Shown in pieces: positions 11,422-21,038 of a stretch of DNA of 64,000 nucleotides. The stretch's first letter is position 1. Each line of letters opens with the position of its first letter. The translations under genes and the position numbers were made by a program. The notes beneath the pieces were generated by a model. The model searched no databases, was not told the origin of the DNA, and was given only the letters and a program-made list of their open reading frames with translations. Origin of the DNA: an uncultured Gemmatimonadales bacterium (GTDB taxonomy: Bacteria > Gemmatimonadota > Gemmatimonadetes > Gemmatimonadales > GWC2-71-9); NCBI GenBank assembly GCA_963730185.1, contig CAVSQW010000008.1, forward strand, positions 352,001 through 416,000, read 5' to 3'.

Positions 11422-13230
11422 ATGACGAACCCGAGCAACCGATCGATCCTCGACCGAAGGACCTTTCTCGCCGCCTGCTCCATGGCGGGCATCGGGCATC
11501 CGGCGCTGGTGGAGGCGCTCTGGAGGAAACGAGGAGAGACGAGGGGCGATGGGGAAGGGCGAGGGGCGGACGGGGAAGGACTGGGCGGGCCGGGGGGCGC
11601 CGGCGTGGGGCAGGAGGGGCAGGGGAAGGTCACCCGCGAGATGGTGATGGCTGCGGAGCAGATCATCGGGCTCGAGTTCACCGACGCCGAGCGCGACATG
11701 ATGCTCACCGACCTCAACAACGCGCTCCGGAGCTACGACGCCATCCACGGCGTCACCCTGCCCAATGCCGTCTTTCCGGCCATCCGGTTCGATCCCGCCA
11801 CGCCGGGGCTCAAGACCCTGCCGGACAAGGGCATCTCACTTCGGGTCACCGACGAACGCCGCCGCCGCCGCGACGTGACCCGCCCGGGCACCGACGCCGA
11901 GTTGGCGTTTGCGCCGCTGGCCCAGCTGGCCGAGCTGGTTCGAAGCCGGAAGGTCACGGCGACGGAGCTGACCCGGCTCTACCTGGATCGGCTCAAGAGG
12001 TACGACCCCCAGCTGCTCTGCGTCATCAACCTGACCGAGGCCCGGGCCCTCGATCAGGCCCGGAAGGCCGATCAGGAGATTGCCTCGGGGCACTATCGGG
12101 GGCCACTCCACGGGATCCCGTGGGGCGCCAAGGACCTCTTCGCGGTGCCGGGTTACCCGACCACCTGGGGCTCGCCGATCTACCGGAATCAGATGCTGAG
12201 CGACACCGCCACCGTGGTGCGGAAGCTCGACGACGCCGGCGCCATCCTGGTCGCCAAGCTGACCCTGGGCGAGTTCGCCATGGGTGACGTCTGGTACGGC
12301 GGCATGACCCGGAACCCGTGGAAGCTCGACCAGGGCTCCAGCGGCTCCTCGGCTGGACCGGCCTCGGCCACGGTCGCCGGGCTGGTCGGCTTCGCGATCG
12401 GCACCGAGACCCTGGGCTCGATCGTCTCACCCTCGACCCGGTGCGGGGCCAGCGGGCTCCGGCCGACGTTCGGGCGGGTGAGCCGGCACGGGGCCATGGC
12501 CCTCTCCTGGACCATGGACAAGGTCGGTCCGATCTGCCGGACGGCCGAGGATTGCGGGCTCGTGTTCGAGGCGATCCACGGCGCCGACGGCCTCGACCCC
12601 ACGGCGGTCGACGAGCCCTTCCGCTGGAGCCCGGCCAAGAAGCTCGAGGGCCTTCGGGTGGGCTACCTCGAGTCGGCGTTCGAGGCCGATCACCCAACCA
12701 AGACCTTCGACGACGCCGTGCTCGACGTGCTCCGCCGGATCGGGGTGAATCTGGTCCCGATCGCCTTCGATCAGGACGTCACGGTCCCCACCAGCGCGCT
12801 CCGGATCATCCTGACCGCGGAGGCGGGGGCGGCCTTCGACGAGCTGACCCGGACCAACCAGGACGACCAGATGGTCCGCCAGCAGCGGGGGGCCTGGCCC
12901 AATACCTTCCGGGCCTCGCGCTTCATCCCGGCGGTGGAGTACATCAACGCCAACCGGATCCGGACCATGTTGATGCGTCAGGTCGATCAGGTGATGCGAC
13001 AGGTCGACGTGTTCGTGACCCCGTCGTTCGGCGGGAACGTGCTGCTGACCACCAACCTCACCGGGCACCCCACGCTCGCGGTGCCGAACGGCTACCGGGA
13101 GGACGACGGAACTCCGGTGAGCATCTCGTTCGTGGGGCGGCTCTACGGCGAGGCCGACGTGCTGGCGGTGGGGAAAGCCTACCAGGACGCGACGGACTTT
13201 CACCGGAAGCATCCGGGCGGGTTTGTCTGA
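11422..13230 (+). CDS. Tat-exported amidase-signature-family amidase
   Basis: Twin-arginine signal 'DRRTFL', catalytic Lys in 'GAKDL', 'GSSGSSAG' and 'IGTETLGSI'. Confidence 0.9.
   Translation: MTNPSNRSILDRRTFLAACSMAGIGHPALVEALWRKRGETRGDGEGRGADGEGLGGPGGAGVGQEGQGKVTREMVMAAEQIIGLEFTDAERDMMLTDLNNALRSYDAIHGVTLPNAVFPAIRFDPATPGLKTLPDKGISLRVTDERRRRRDVTRPGTDAELAFAPLAQLAELVRSRKVTATELTRLYLDRLKRYDPQLLCVINLTEARALDQARKADQEIASGHYRGPLHGIPWGAKDLFAVPGYPTTWGSPIYRNQMLSDTATVVRKLDDAGAILVAKLTLGEFAMGDVWYGGMTRNPWKLDQGSSGSSAGPASATVAGLVGFAIGTETLGSIVSPSTRCGASGLRPTFGRVSRHGAMALSWTMDKVGPICRTAEDCGLVFEAIHGADGLDPTAVDEPFRWSPAKKLEGLRVGYLESAFEADHPTKTFDDAVLDVLRRIGVNLVPIAFDQDVTVPTSALRIILTAEAGAAFDELTRTNQDDQMVRQQRGAWPNTFRASRFIPAVEYINANRIRTMLMRQVDQVMRQVDVFVTPSFGGNVLLTTNLTGHPTLAVPNGYREDDGTPVSISFVGRLYGEADVLAVGKAYQDATDFHRKHPGGFV
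11523..11629 (+). repeat. Degenerate G-rich ~10-nt-period tract inside the amidase gene (encodes a Gly-rich linker)
   Basis: gaggagagac-gaggggcgat-ggggaagggc-gaggggcgga... encodes RKRGETRGDGEGRGADGEGLGGPGGAGVGQEGQGK and resembles the decamers at 31771-31850. Confidence 0.5.
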
Positions 13231-13266
13231 GCCAGATGGGCGAACGAGTGGACGGGGCGGGCGGGG

Positions 13267-14094
13267 CTAGTTGGGGCGGGTGGTCAGCCAGAAGATGCCC
13301 ATGATGAAGGCCCAGATGGTCCACCAGAAGGCGCTGAAGCCCAGCACGCCCCGGATGCCGTTCCAGGTGAGGACCGCGCCCCAGCCCGCGTTTACCACCA
13401 CGATCGCGAGGACCGTCGCCAGGTAGAGCAGCACGTAGCCGGTGGTCCAGAACTGGCGCTCGGTCCAGAACCGGGTCGCGGCCGGGATCCATCCGCGCGG
13501 AATGGTTCCGTCCGCCCGGCGCCGAACCTGGAACCACCAGAGCCGCGGCCGGAAGGGCCAACCCGCCCGGCCGGCCGTGCCCCGGATCGCTCGCTTGAGG
13601 GCGACGGTATCGATCCGGAACGACCGCTCCCCGCGGACCCGCGGGACCACCCCGGCGGCCAGGCCGTACGCGCGCCCCACCCAGACGACGTCGATGCATC
13701 CGGCGACCAAGGCCAGGGACCACGAGAACCGCGGCACCCACCCGCGGAACCCGATGAAGAGGCTCGCGGTCCGGAGCATCTCGAACCAGCGGACCTCGTG
13801 CCGCTCCTCGTCCAGTACCAGCCAGGCCCGATACTGGGTGGTGAGCTTGACCCGGCTGAAGCCGGCCCGCCAATCCGCCGGCACCAGGTCGCACCGGACC
13901 TCGAGATCGGCCCGGCTTCCCGGGGCCAGCCGGCAGTCCGTCCCGCCGGGCTCGAGGTGGGTAAGGCGTTCCAGGAGCGCCATCCGGGACGACGGGTGGG
14001 CCTCCCGGTTCTGGCGGGTCAGGAAGGTCGCCGCGCTCTCCATCATGGCGTACACCATCACGAGCGCGAGCACGGCGATCAGCAGGAAGCCCAT
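13267..14094 (-). CDS. Hypothetical membrane protein
   Basis: 3' part of ORF 13267..15387 from 'MGFLLIAVLALVMVYA'. One N-terminal and two C-terminal hydrophobic segments; starts 2 nt after the upstream stop. Confidence 0.6.
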   Translation of the reverse strand: MGFLLIAVLALVMVYAMMESAATFLTRQNREAHPSSRMALLERLTHLEPGGTDCRLAPGSRADLEVRCDLVPADWRAGFSRVKLTTQYRAWLVLDEERHEVRWFEMLRTASLFIGFRGWVPRFSWSLALVAGCIDVVWVGRAYGLAAGVVPRVRGERSFRIDTVALKRAIRGTAGRAGWPFRPRLWWFQVRRRADGTIPRGWIPAATRFWTERQFWTTGYVLLYLATVLAIVVVNAGWGAVLTWNGIRGVLGFSAFWWTIWAFIMGIFWLTTRPN

Positions 14095-14096
14095 GG

Positions 14097-14681
14097 CTAG
14101 AGCCGCCCGCCCCGGGTCAGGTAGACGTACACCAGCGAGGTGACGTCGAAGCAGGCCCGCCGCACCAGGTGCTCGCGAAGCCGGCCGGCCAGCCAGCGGT
14201 TGTCGAGCCAGGTGGGGCCGTGGTCGAGCGACAGGCTCTCCACCCGGACGGCCAGCACGCAGGCCACCGCGCTCTTCAGGTCCTTTGCCTTCGGTGCACT
14301 GTCGCCGCGCGCGACGAGGGTGGCTGTGCCGCCGAGATCCAGCGTGAGCCGAACCACCCCGGCCGCCGTCGCGGAGTCGCCGGGCCGGCCGCTCGTGCCC
14401 ACGGCGGCCTCCAGCTCCACCGTGCCGCCGGGGCAGTGCGGCACCGAGCCGCGGGGGGCCGACACCGTCGCGGCGCCTCCGGGCTCGGCCATTTTCAGGG
14501 GAAAGTACCGGGCTACGCCGCCCGAGACGACGTACGCCAGCTGGCCGGCGCCGATCACGACGCATGGCGCGAAGGGGTGACTTTGCCACTGCGCGGCGCC
14601 CCCCGGGGGGCCGAGCGACGCGATCGCCAGCAGCCCGAGGCCCGCCGCCCACCCGGCCGATCGCCCCGGGCCCGGGATCAT
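14097..14681 (-). CDS. Hypothetical exported protein
   Basis: Signal-like N-terminus (WAAGLGLLAIASLGPPGGAAQ), RBS-like GAGGGAG upstream, four Cys. Confidence 0.55.
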   Translation of the reverse strand: MIPGPGRSAGWAAGLGLLAIASLGPPGGAAQWQSHPFAPCVVIGAGQLAYVVSGGVARYFPLKMAEPGGAATVSAPRGSVPHCPGGTVELEAAVGTSGRPGDSATAAGVVRLTLDLGGTATLVARGDSAPKAKDLKSAVACVLAVRVESLSLDHGPTWLDNRWLAGRLREHLVRRACFDVTSLVYVYLTRGGRL

Positions 14682-14717
14682 GGGGTCGATCTCCCTCGTC
14701 GAAACGGCAACGGGCGC

Positions 14718-16319
14718 CTACCGGCCGCCACCGGCGGGCGGGGCCGCCGGCGAGCGCTGGAGCGCGGTGTCGACCTGGGCCCGGAATCCGTCGAGCACCC
14801 CGCGGAGGGTCGCCAGCGCCTGGACCGCCGAGCTCTGGTCGGCGGCGCCGCCGAAGCTGCGGATCGCCGAGCGGAGGCTGTCGGCCTGGTCTGGCAGGCC
14901 GCTGGCCACCCGGAAGCTCTGGGCCACCAGGTTGAGGTTGCGATACTTGCCGGTGTAGGCGGGGAGCAGGCCGCCGACGGCGTCGAGGATCAGCTGGAGC
15001 CGCCCAAGGCGCTTGGAGCAGCACGAGGCCACGAACGGCGTCACGGCGATGCCCGAGACCGAGTCCGACCCGCCGGCGGGTGCGGTGCCGGCGTTCTTCG
15101 CAAGCTCGGCCTGGAGGTCGCCGACGGCGCCGGTCAGGCTGTCGGTCTGGACGCCGAGGATCGTGGGGAAGCCCGGCATCGCGGGCGCCGCCAGCGCGCC
15201 GGCCGGCACCGCGCCCGCCGGCACGAGCCGGTAGCGGTACACCATGCCATGCTCCCCGACCACGTAGGCGCGATCCCGCCGGGGCAGTGAGAATCCATGG
15301 CCGCTGGCGGGGAACGGGATGTTGCGGGAGACCCACCGGCGACCGCCGTCCGTGGTATAGGTCATGGTTTGGTACCGGAAAGCCCACCCGATCTCGGGAT
15401 CGGCAAAGGCCACCAGCGGCTTGCCTGGGCAGCCGGCCCCCGCCAGGCCTTCCCAGGTCACTCCGGCGTCACTGGTTCCGAAGAGCCTGCCACTGACGCA
15501 GCTGTACCCGTGCTGCGAGTCCGTGAACACCAGGTGTCCCTCGCGCCCGTCGATCCCTTGGCCGTCGTCGGCGAGCGCGAGCGCCGCCGTCCAGGTGTGC
15601 CCGCCGTCCTCGGTGCGGAACGAGTACAAGCCGCGGACGTCAGGGGAGTTGCCGATCGCGAATCCAAGATCGGGAGTCGGGAACGAGAAGTCGGCGACTT
15701 CGCAGCGGGCGTTGCGGGTCAGGCCCTTCGACTGCACCGACAACACACAGGTGAAGACCGGGGTCCAGGTCCGGCCGGCATCGTCGGTGCGCAGGATCTC
15801 GTTGTTGTGGGCCGTGAAGCCGGTCGTGGCGGACACGAAGCGGAGTGCGGCCCGATGCTGGGGTGCCGTGCCGGTCACTCGCCAGGTCTGGCCGTCGAGC
15901 GTTCGGAGCAGGGAGTGGTCGCCGGTGCCGGTCCGCTGGACGACGAACCCGGTCGATCGGTCCACGAACTGGAGTGACTCGAACCGTGACTGGTTGCCGG
16001 CCGGGTCACCCAGCTGCACGTCCCAGTGGGCGCCGCCGTCGGCGGTATGAATCACCACCCCGCCCGTTCCCATGCCGGTGACCCACCCCTCCTCCGGCGT
16101 GGTGAAGAACGCCTCGTCCAGCTCCACGTCCTCGGGGTAACTCACCGGTTCCCAGATTCCCTGGTAGGCCGGTGCGGTGGGGCCGCCCCGAACCGCCGGC
16201 GAGGGATGGCGCGCCGGGCGTGCCGGCCGGGGACGTTGGGCCGCGACCGGACCGGCCGTCAGGGTCAGCGCGAGCAGCGAGAGGGCCGGCCACGACCGGC
16301 GGGAAGAGATAGTAGGCAT
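14718..16319 (-). CDS. Secreted YCF48/BNR(Asp-box)-repeat beta-propeller protein with C-terminal helical domain
   Basis: Signal peptide; repeated 'HTADGGAHW', 'RTLDGQTW', 'RTDDAGRTW', 'RTEDGGHTW', 'TSDAGVTW', 'TTDGGRRW'; AGGAGG upstream. Confidence 0.85.
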   Translation of the reverse strand: MPTISSRRSWPALSLLALTLTAGPVAAQRPRPARPARHPSPAVRGGPTAPAYQGIWEPVSYPEDVELDEAFFTTPEEGWVTGMGTGGVVIHTADGGAHWDVQLGDPAGNQSRFESLQFVDRSTGFVVQRTGTGDHSLLRTLDGQTWRVTGTAPQHRAALRFVSATTGFTAHNNEILRTDDAGRTWTPVFTCVLSVQSKGLTRNARCEVADFSFPTPDLGFAIGNSPDVRGLYSFRTEDGGHTWTAALALADDGQGIDGREGHLVFTDSQHGYSCVSGRLFGTSDAGVTWEGLAGAGCPGKPLVAFADPEIGWAFRYQTMTYTTDGGRRWVSRNIPFPASGHGFSLPRRDRAYVVGEHGMVYRYRLVPAGAVPAGALAAPAMPGFPTILGVQTDSLTGAVGDLQAELAKNAGTAPAGGSDSVSGIAVTPFVASCCSKRLGRLQLILDAVGGLLPAYTGKYRNLNLVAQSFRVASGLPDQADSLRSAIRSFGGAADQSSAVQALATLRGVLDGFRAQVDTALQRSPAAPPAGGGR

Positions 16320-16362
16320 CCTTTGTCACCTCCTGGCCGGCTCGGGGCGTCCGGCCGTCGTC

Positions 16363-17166
16363 TCAGTGGGGACCGAACTCTTTGGTCGCGAGGTTGTTGT
16401 CGACTCGCGGCTCCTGAATCGCGTGGTAGAAGTCGAGGTACACTTTGACGCCAACGTGGTCGGTACCCAGGTACTTGCCCCCGACGTGGAAGGAGGTCGA
16501 TTGGCCCGGGGCCAACACGGGGATCTCCGCGTCGGTCAGGATCGGGAGTGCCCCCGGATCGAGCAGCGACGACAGGTCCATTCCCGGTCCACCCCAGGCC
16601 CGGGCGATGACCGTTCTCGGCATCGCCTTGTTGCCCTGGTTCTGGACCGTGACCTGGATCCGGTACCGGGTGTTGAAGTCCTCCCAATCCTGCTTGACCG
16701 CGGTCACCGCGAGATCGGGACAGGGCGGGGTGACTTGGGCGGTTCGGGTGTTGTCGGTCTCGCTCGATTCGGTCACCACATGTTGGGGATCGGCGACGAC
16801 CTTGAGGCGGACCGCCGCGCAGCTGGAGACCGTCGCGACCGGGTCGCTCACCGTGGCCGAGGCGCCCCCCGCGAGCGAGGCGTGCTTGTAGGTGTCGACC
16901 CGGGCATCGTCGATGTAGACGTCGACCACGAAGGGCACCGTGACCGCCGTTTGGCCGTGGTTCATCACCGTGTACGTCAGCTGCCCGGCGGGGCTCAGGC
17001 CGAGGGCCGAGAAGACCAGGTCGCTGCCCTGGGTGAGGGGGGCAGCCGGCCGGGAGATGCCGCCCCGGATCGGGGTCGGCAGCCGCCGGCTCGGGGGCTG
17101 GGCCCCCACCGCGGCAGGGAGCACCGCCAGGGCGACGAGAACGATCCAGCGCTGTCGGTTCCTCAT
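16363..17166 (-). CDS. Secreted protein with two CARDB (Ig-like) domains
   Basis: Start 'MRNRQRWIVLVALAVL' after AGGAGG; CARDB signatures 'SDLV...ADPQHVVTESSETDN' and 'PDLAV...DFYHAIQEPRVDNN'. Confidence 0.8.
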   Translation of the reverse strand: MRNRQRWIVLVALAVLPAAVGAQPPSRRLPTPIRGGISRPAAPLTQGSDLVFSALGLSPAGQLTYTVMNHGQTAVTVPFVVDVYIDDARVDTYKHASLAGGASATVSDPVATVSSCAAVRLKVVADPQHVVTESSETDNTRTAQVTPPCPDLAVTAVKQDWEDFNTRYRIQVTVQNQGNKAMPRTVIARAWGGPGMDLSSLLDPGALPILTDAEIPVLAPGQSTSFHVGGKYLGTDHVGVKVYLDFYHAIQEPRVDNNLATKEFGPH

Positions 17167-17285
17167 GAACGCCTCCTGAGCTCGGGCCCGCTCGGCTTGA
17201 TGGTCCGAACGGCACGGGCTACTATAGCCGAGGAGCCTCAGATCGCTCTCCGGCGGCACTCACACAGAATCACAAGACGGCCAAC

Positions 17286-20183
17286 ATGTTGCGGCTGCGG
17301 ACTTTCGGTGGGCTTGCCCTGGAGCGGGACGGCGTCCCGCTCGGCGGAGCCGCGTCCCAGCGTCGGCGGCTCGCGCTCCTCGCGCTGCTGGCCGCGAGCG
17401 ACCGAGCCCTGAGCCGCGAGCGGGTCGTCGCCTGCCTCTGGCCCGACCGGAGCGACGACCAGGGCCGCCACTCCCTGTCGCAACTGCTCTACGCCATCCG
17501 TCGCGACCTCGGGGTGGAGGTCATCCAAGGCGGGGCCGAGGAGCTTCGCTTCGTGGCTGGCGTCCTCGTCGCCGACGTCGTCGAGTTCCGCTCGGCGTTG
17601 GCGGTGGGCGACTTCGAGCGGGCGGTGGCGTGCTACTCGGGTCCATTTCTCGACGGCGTCCGACTCCCCGAGGCCTCCGAGTTCGAGCGCTGGGCGGACG
17701 AGCAGCGCCGGGCGCTGGCGGCGAGCTTCGGAGACGCCCTGGACCGGCTGGCCGAGATCGTGGCGAGCCGCGGCGACTTCGCGGCCGCCGTGGGATGGCG
17801 AAGGAAACGGGCCCACCTCGATCCCCTCGACGGCGCCGCCGCTCGGGCCCTGATGACCGCCCTCGTCGACGCGGGCGACCTGGCCGGTGCGCTCCAGCAC
17901 GCCACGGTGCACGCCGCCTTCCTCGCCGCCGAGCTCGAGCTCCCGCCCGACCCCGAAGTGGTCGCCTTGGCCGACCGGCTTCGGGCGGGCCTGCGGCCCG
18001 CCGCCGAGGCGGTCCCCGCCGCCGATCCGCCGTCGTCCCTCGAGGTGTCGCGGGCCGACGATGGGGTGGCCCGGATCGCGGTCCCTCGGGAGGTCGTGCG
18101 GGCGCCGGACGAGGCGCCCCAGCGACGGTCTCAGGATCGGGTCCGGTGGCGGCTCCGGAAATCCCGGCCGGCCCTGCTGCTCGGGGCCGGGCTGGTTGTG
18201 GCGCTGGTCGGGCTGCGTCTGGCTCGGGGGCCGTCGTCACCGGCAGCGCCGCGCGCCGTCGTGCTCGGATCCTTCGAGGGACCGGACTCGGTGTTGAGCC
18301 TCGGAATGCGGGAGGCGCTCCGGGCGGAGCTCAGCGCCACGCCGGGGGTCGACCTGGTGAGCGAAGCCCGGGTCCGGGAAGCGCTCCGTCTGCTCCGGCA
18401 CCAGCCCGACACCGTGCTCACTCCGGCGCTCGCGTCGCTGGTCGCGGCCCGCGAGGGGGTTCCGCTCGTGGTGACCGGGTCCGCGCTCCCGCTGGGAACC
18501 GGCGCCCAACTCGTGGTTGACGTCCGGAACGTCTCGACCGGCCGGACCGAGGTGACCCTGTCGGAGCAGGCGGCCCGGGCCGACCAGGTCATCCCGGCGG
18601 TGGCTCGCCTGGGCCACCGGCTGAGCCATCGCACCTGGGCGGTCGAGATCGACACGACCCTCCAGCCCCTGCCCGCGGTCACGACCACCTCGCTCGCGGC
18701 GCTTCGAAACTACGGACTGGCGCTCTCGGCTCTGGGACGCTGGGATCGTGAGACGGCGATCGCCCTGCTCGAGGGGGCCCTGGTCCACGACAGCCTCTTC
18801 GCGATGGCGCACTTCCTCCTGGGCGACATGCTCTGGTACACCGACCACGAGCGCCACGCCGAGGAGCACTTCACCCGGGCCCTGGGCCTGGCCGCTCGGA
18901 TGCCGCCCCGCGAGCGCCTGATCGTCCAGGCCCGGTTCGAGCAGGTGGTCCTCGACCGGCCCGACCTCGCCATCCAGACCTGGCGCACCCTCGAGACCAG
19001 CTTCCCCGGCGAGCCGATCGCCTACGAAGGGATCACCTGGGCCTACCGAGCGGTGGGGCGCTTCGAGGATGCGGTCGCCGCCGCGGACTCCGCCATCCGG
19101 CTCTCGCCCCGGCCGGGTACTCCGCTCTTCGTCGCGCTCAAGAACTCCATGGCGTCCTGCCGCGACACGGCGGCGGTCCGCCGGATCGTGACGGCCGACA
19201 GCATCACTCGTCCGCTTGGCGAGGCCACCTTGGCGTGGCTCCGGCGCTACCGGGCCGGCGACTGGGCCGAGGTCCACACGGCCTCCGACCGACGGGCCGA
19301 AGCGCCGCACCCGAGCAGCGCCGAGACGGCCCAGCGCATTCCGCTGCTGGTGGCGTCGGGCCGGGTGAGTGACGCCCTGGCCCTGCTCGACGGGGTCCGG
19401 GCCGAGCCCTGGATGCAGTACCTCCCGAAGAGCCTGCTTGCGGTGGGGCTCGGCGAGGCGGAGTGGGGGGCGCGGCGGACCGCCGTCGTGCTGGGACGGC
19501 AGGCGCTGGCCTGGATCGAGGGCGCCGACCTGTCGCCGCCGGCCTATGCCCGCCTCGCCGAGCGATTGGCGGAGCTCTCGGCCCGGACCGACGATCGCGC
19601 CACCCTGAGCGAGCTCCGCCGCTTTCTCGCCGACCGCGACGGCGGTCGCGATCTGCCCAGCTACCGACTGGCGCTGCTCACCGTGGATGGGGCGTTGGCG
19701 GCCATGCGGGGCGAGCGGCGCGCGGCCCTCCACTTCGCGACGGCGGCGGGGCAGGGCACCTTCTTCGGGCGGTCCCTGTCGACGGTCTATCTGTTCGAGG
19801 CGGAGGCACGGGCGGCGACCGGCGACCGGGTGGGGGCGGATTCGCTTTATCGGGTGATCGCGGACTACCGGCTCTCCGATCCGGACTACGAGACCTGGCC
19901 GATCATCCGGGCGATCGCCCTTCGGCGGCTGTCAGCGGACCAGGAAGCCGCCGCGAAGGCCGTCGGCCGGGTCGATCAGGAACTCGTGCCGCCCCGTGAT
20001 CGCGGCGGTGCCCGCCACCTCGGGGATCACGGCCGCGTGCGGCCCGAAGTCGGTTTCCTCGACGGCGGCCGCCTCGAAGGTCGTGCCCAAGATGCTCTCG
20101 ACCACGATCCGTTGTCCCAGCCCAAGCTCACCCCGGGCGTAGTGGATCGCCACTCGCCCGCTGACCCCCGTCCCGGTGGGTGA
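17286..20183 (+). CDS. SARP-like wHTH/BTAD transcriptional regulator with a transmembrane segment and TPR-like C-terminal region
   Basis: 'MLRLRTFGGLAL', 'LWPDRSDDQGRHSLSQLLYAIRRDLG', 'YSGPFLDG...FERWADEQR', 'LDPLD', TM 'ALLLGAGLVVALVGL', then 'VTTTSLAALRNY' and TPR-like helices. The last ~250 nt overlap the convergent gene. Confidence 0.85.
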   Translation: MLRLRTFGGLALERDGVPLGGAASQRRRLALLALLAASDRALSRERVVACLWPDRSDDQGRHSLSQLLYAIRRDLGVEVIQGGAEELRFVAGVLVADVVEFRSALAVGDFERAVACYSGPFLDGVRLPEASEFERWADEQRRALAASFGDALDRLAEIVASRGDFAAAVGWRRKRAHLDPLDGAAARALMTALVDAGDLAGALQHATVHAAFLAAELELPPDPEVVALADRLRAGLRPAAEAVPAADPPSSLEVSRADDGVARIAVPREVVRAPDEAPQRRSQDRVRWRLRKSRPALLLGAGLVVALVGLRLARGPSSPAAPRAVVLGSFEGPDSVLSLGMREALRAELSATPGVDLVSEARVREALRLLRHQPDTVLTPALASLVAAREGVPLVVTGSALPLGTGAQLVVDVRNVSTGRTEVTLSEQAARADQVIPAVARLGHRLSHRTWAVEIDTTLQPLPAVTTTSLAALRNYGLALSALGRWDRETAIALLEGALVHDSLFAMAHFLLGDMLWYTDHERHAEEHFTRALGLAARMPPRERLIVQARFEQVVLDRPDLAIQTWRTLETSFPGEPIAYEGITWAYRAVGRFEDAVAAADSAIRLSPRPGTPLFVALKNSMASCRDTAAVRRIVTADSITRPLGEATLAWLRRYRAGDWAEVHTASDRRAEAPHPSSAETAQRIPLLVASGRVSDALALLDGVRAEPWMQYLPKSLLAVGLGEAEWGARRTAVVLGRQALAWIEGADLSPPAYARLAERLAELSARTDDRATLSELRRFLADRDGGRDLPSYRLALLTVDGALAAMRGERRAALHFATAAGQGTFFGRSLSTVYLFEAEARAATGDRVGADSLYRVIADYRLSDPDYETWPIIRAIALRRLSADQEAAAKAVGRVDQELVPPRDRGGARHLGDHGRVRPEVGFLDGGRLEGRAQDALDHDPLSQPKLTPGVVDRHSPADPRPGG

Positions 20184-20984
20184 TCGGTCCACCTCGCCGT
20201 CGGCGAAAATGCACACGTTCCGGCTGTGGTGGGCGGGATCCTCGGCCGGGCCGACCAGAATCGTTCCGTACAGGAAGCCGAGCTCGCGTTCGTAGGGGTG
20301 CTCGATGGGCCCCTTGGCCATCACGGCACGCTTGATGGCCATCCCGGCGTCGATCAGCTCGCGCCCCTTGCCGGGAACCAGCAGAAGCCCCAGCGAGTCG
20401 GCGTCGACGTACGCGTAGAAGGCCCCGCCGAAGGCCAGGTCGTACCGCACCGCGCCCAGCCCGGGCACGCTCACCGTCTGATCCCGCGCCGCCAGAAAGG
20501 AGGGCACGTTCCGGAACCGGACCGTGGTCACCCGGCCACCCTCCACCGTGGCCGCGGCCTCCACCGGGCCGGCCGGCGTGTCGATCGTCATCGAGGCGCG
20601 GTCGCCCTCGACCGGCACCACGCCCATGGTCACCAGCACCGTGGCCACGGCAATGATCCCGTGCCCGCACATGGTGCTGAACCCCTCGTTGTGCATGAAG
20701 AGGACGCCGCAGGCCGCCCCCGGCGTGACCGGATCGGTCAGGAAGCAGCCGTACATGTCGGCGTGTCCCCGCGGCTCCCACATGAGCGTGCGTCGGGTCT
20801 GGTCGAGGTGCTCGCGCGCGTACCGCCGCTTGGCGATCATCGTCGCCCCGGGAATCGCCGGCACCCCGCCGGTCACGACCCGAAAGGGCTCGCCGGCGGT
20901 GTGCGCGTCGATGGTGGTGATCCGCCCCCAGTCGGGCGGAAGTCCGAACCCACTCGCTCCGCCCGTCATGATGCCCTCGCTCAT
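19932..20984 (-). CDS. Proline-racemase superfamily enzyme, Cys/Thr type (probable trans-3-hydroxy-L-proline dehydratase)
   Basis: 'IDAHTAGEPFR', 'EPRGHADMYG', 'STMCGHG' (Cys) and 'DRSPTGTG' (Thr where racemases have Cys); GGGAGG RBS before ATG 20984. Confidence 0.85.
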   Translation of the reverse strand: MSEGIMTGGASGFGLPPDWGRITTIDAHTAGEPFRVVTGGVPAIPGATMIAKRRYAREHLDQTRRTLMWEPRGHADMYGCFLTDPVTPGAACGVLFMHNEGFSTMCGHGIIAVATVLVTMGVVPVEGDRASMTIDTPAGPVEAAATVEGGRVTTVRFRNVPSFLAARDQTVSVPGLGAVRYDLAFGGAFYAYVDADSLGLLLVPGKGRELIDAGMAIKRAVMAKGPIEHPYERELGFLYGTILVGPAEDPAHHSRNVCIFADGEVDRSPTGTGVSGRVAIHYARGELGLGQRIVVESILGTTFEAAAVEETDFGPHAAVIPEVAGTAAITGRHEFLIDPADGLRGGFLVR

Positions 20985-21038
20985 CCGTTCCTCCCTTGCC
21001 ACGACCCGTCCCGCCGGCCTGCCCAGCCCCCACGGAAT

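Noticed and set aside
14718..16319. Photosystem II assembly factor Ycf48 as evidence of phototrophy
   Set aside because: Generic Asp-box propeller with no photosynthesis genes in the window.
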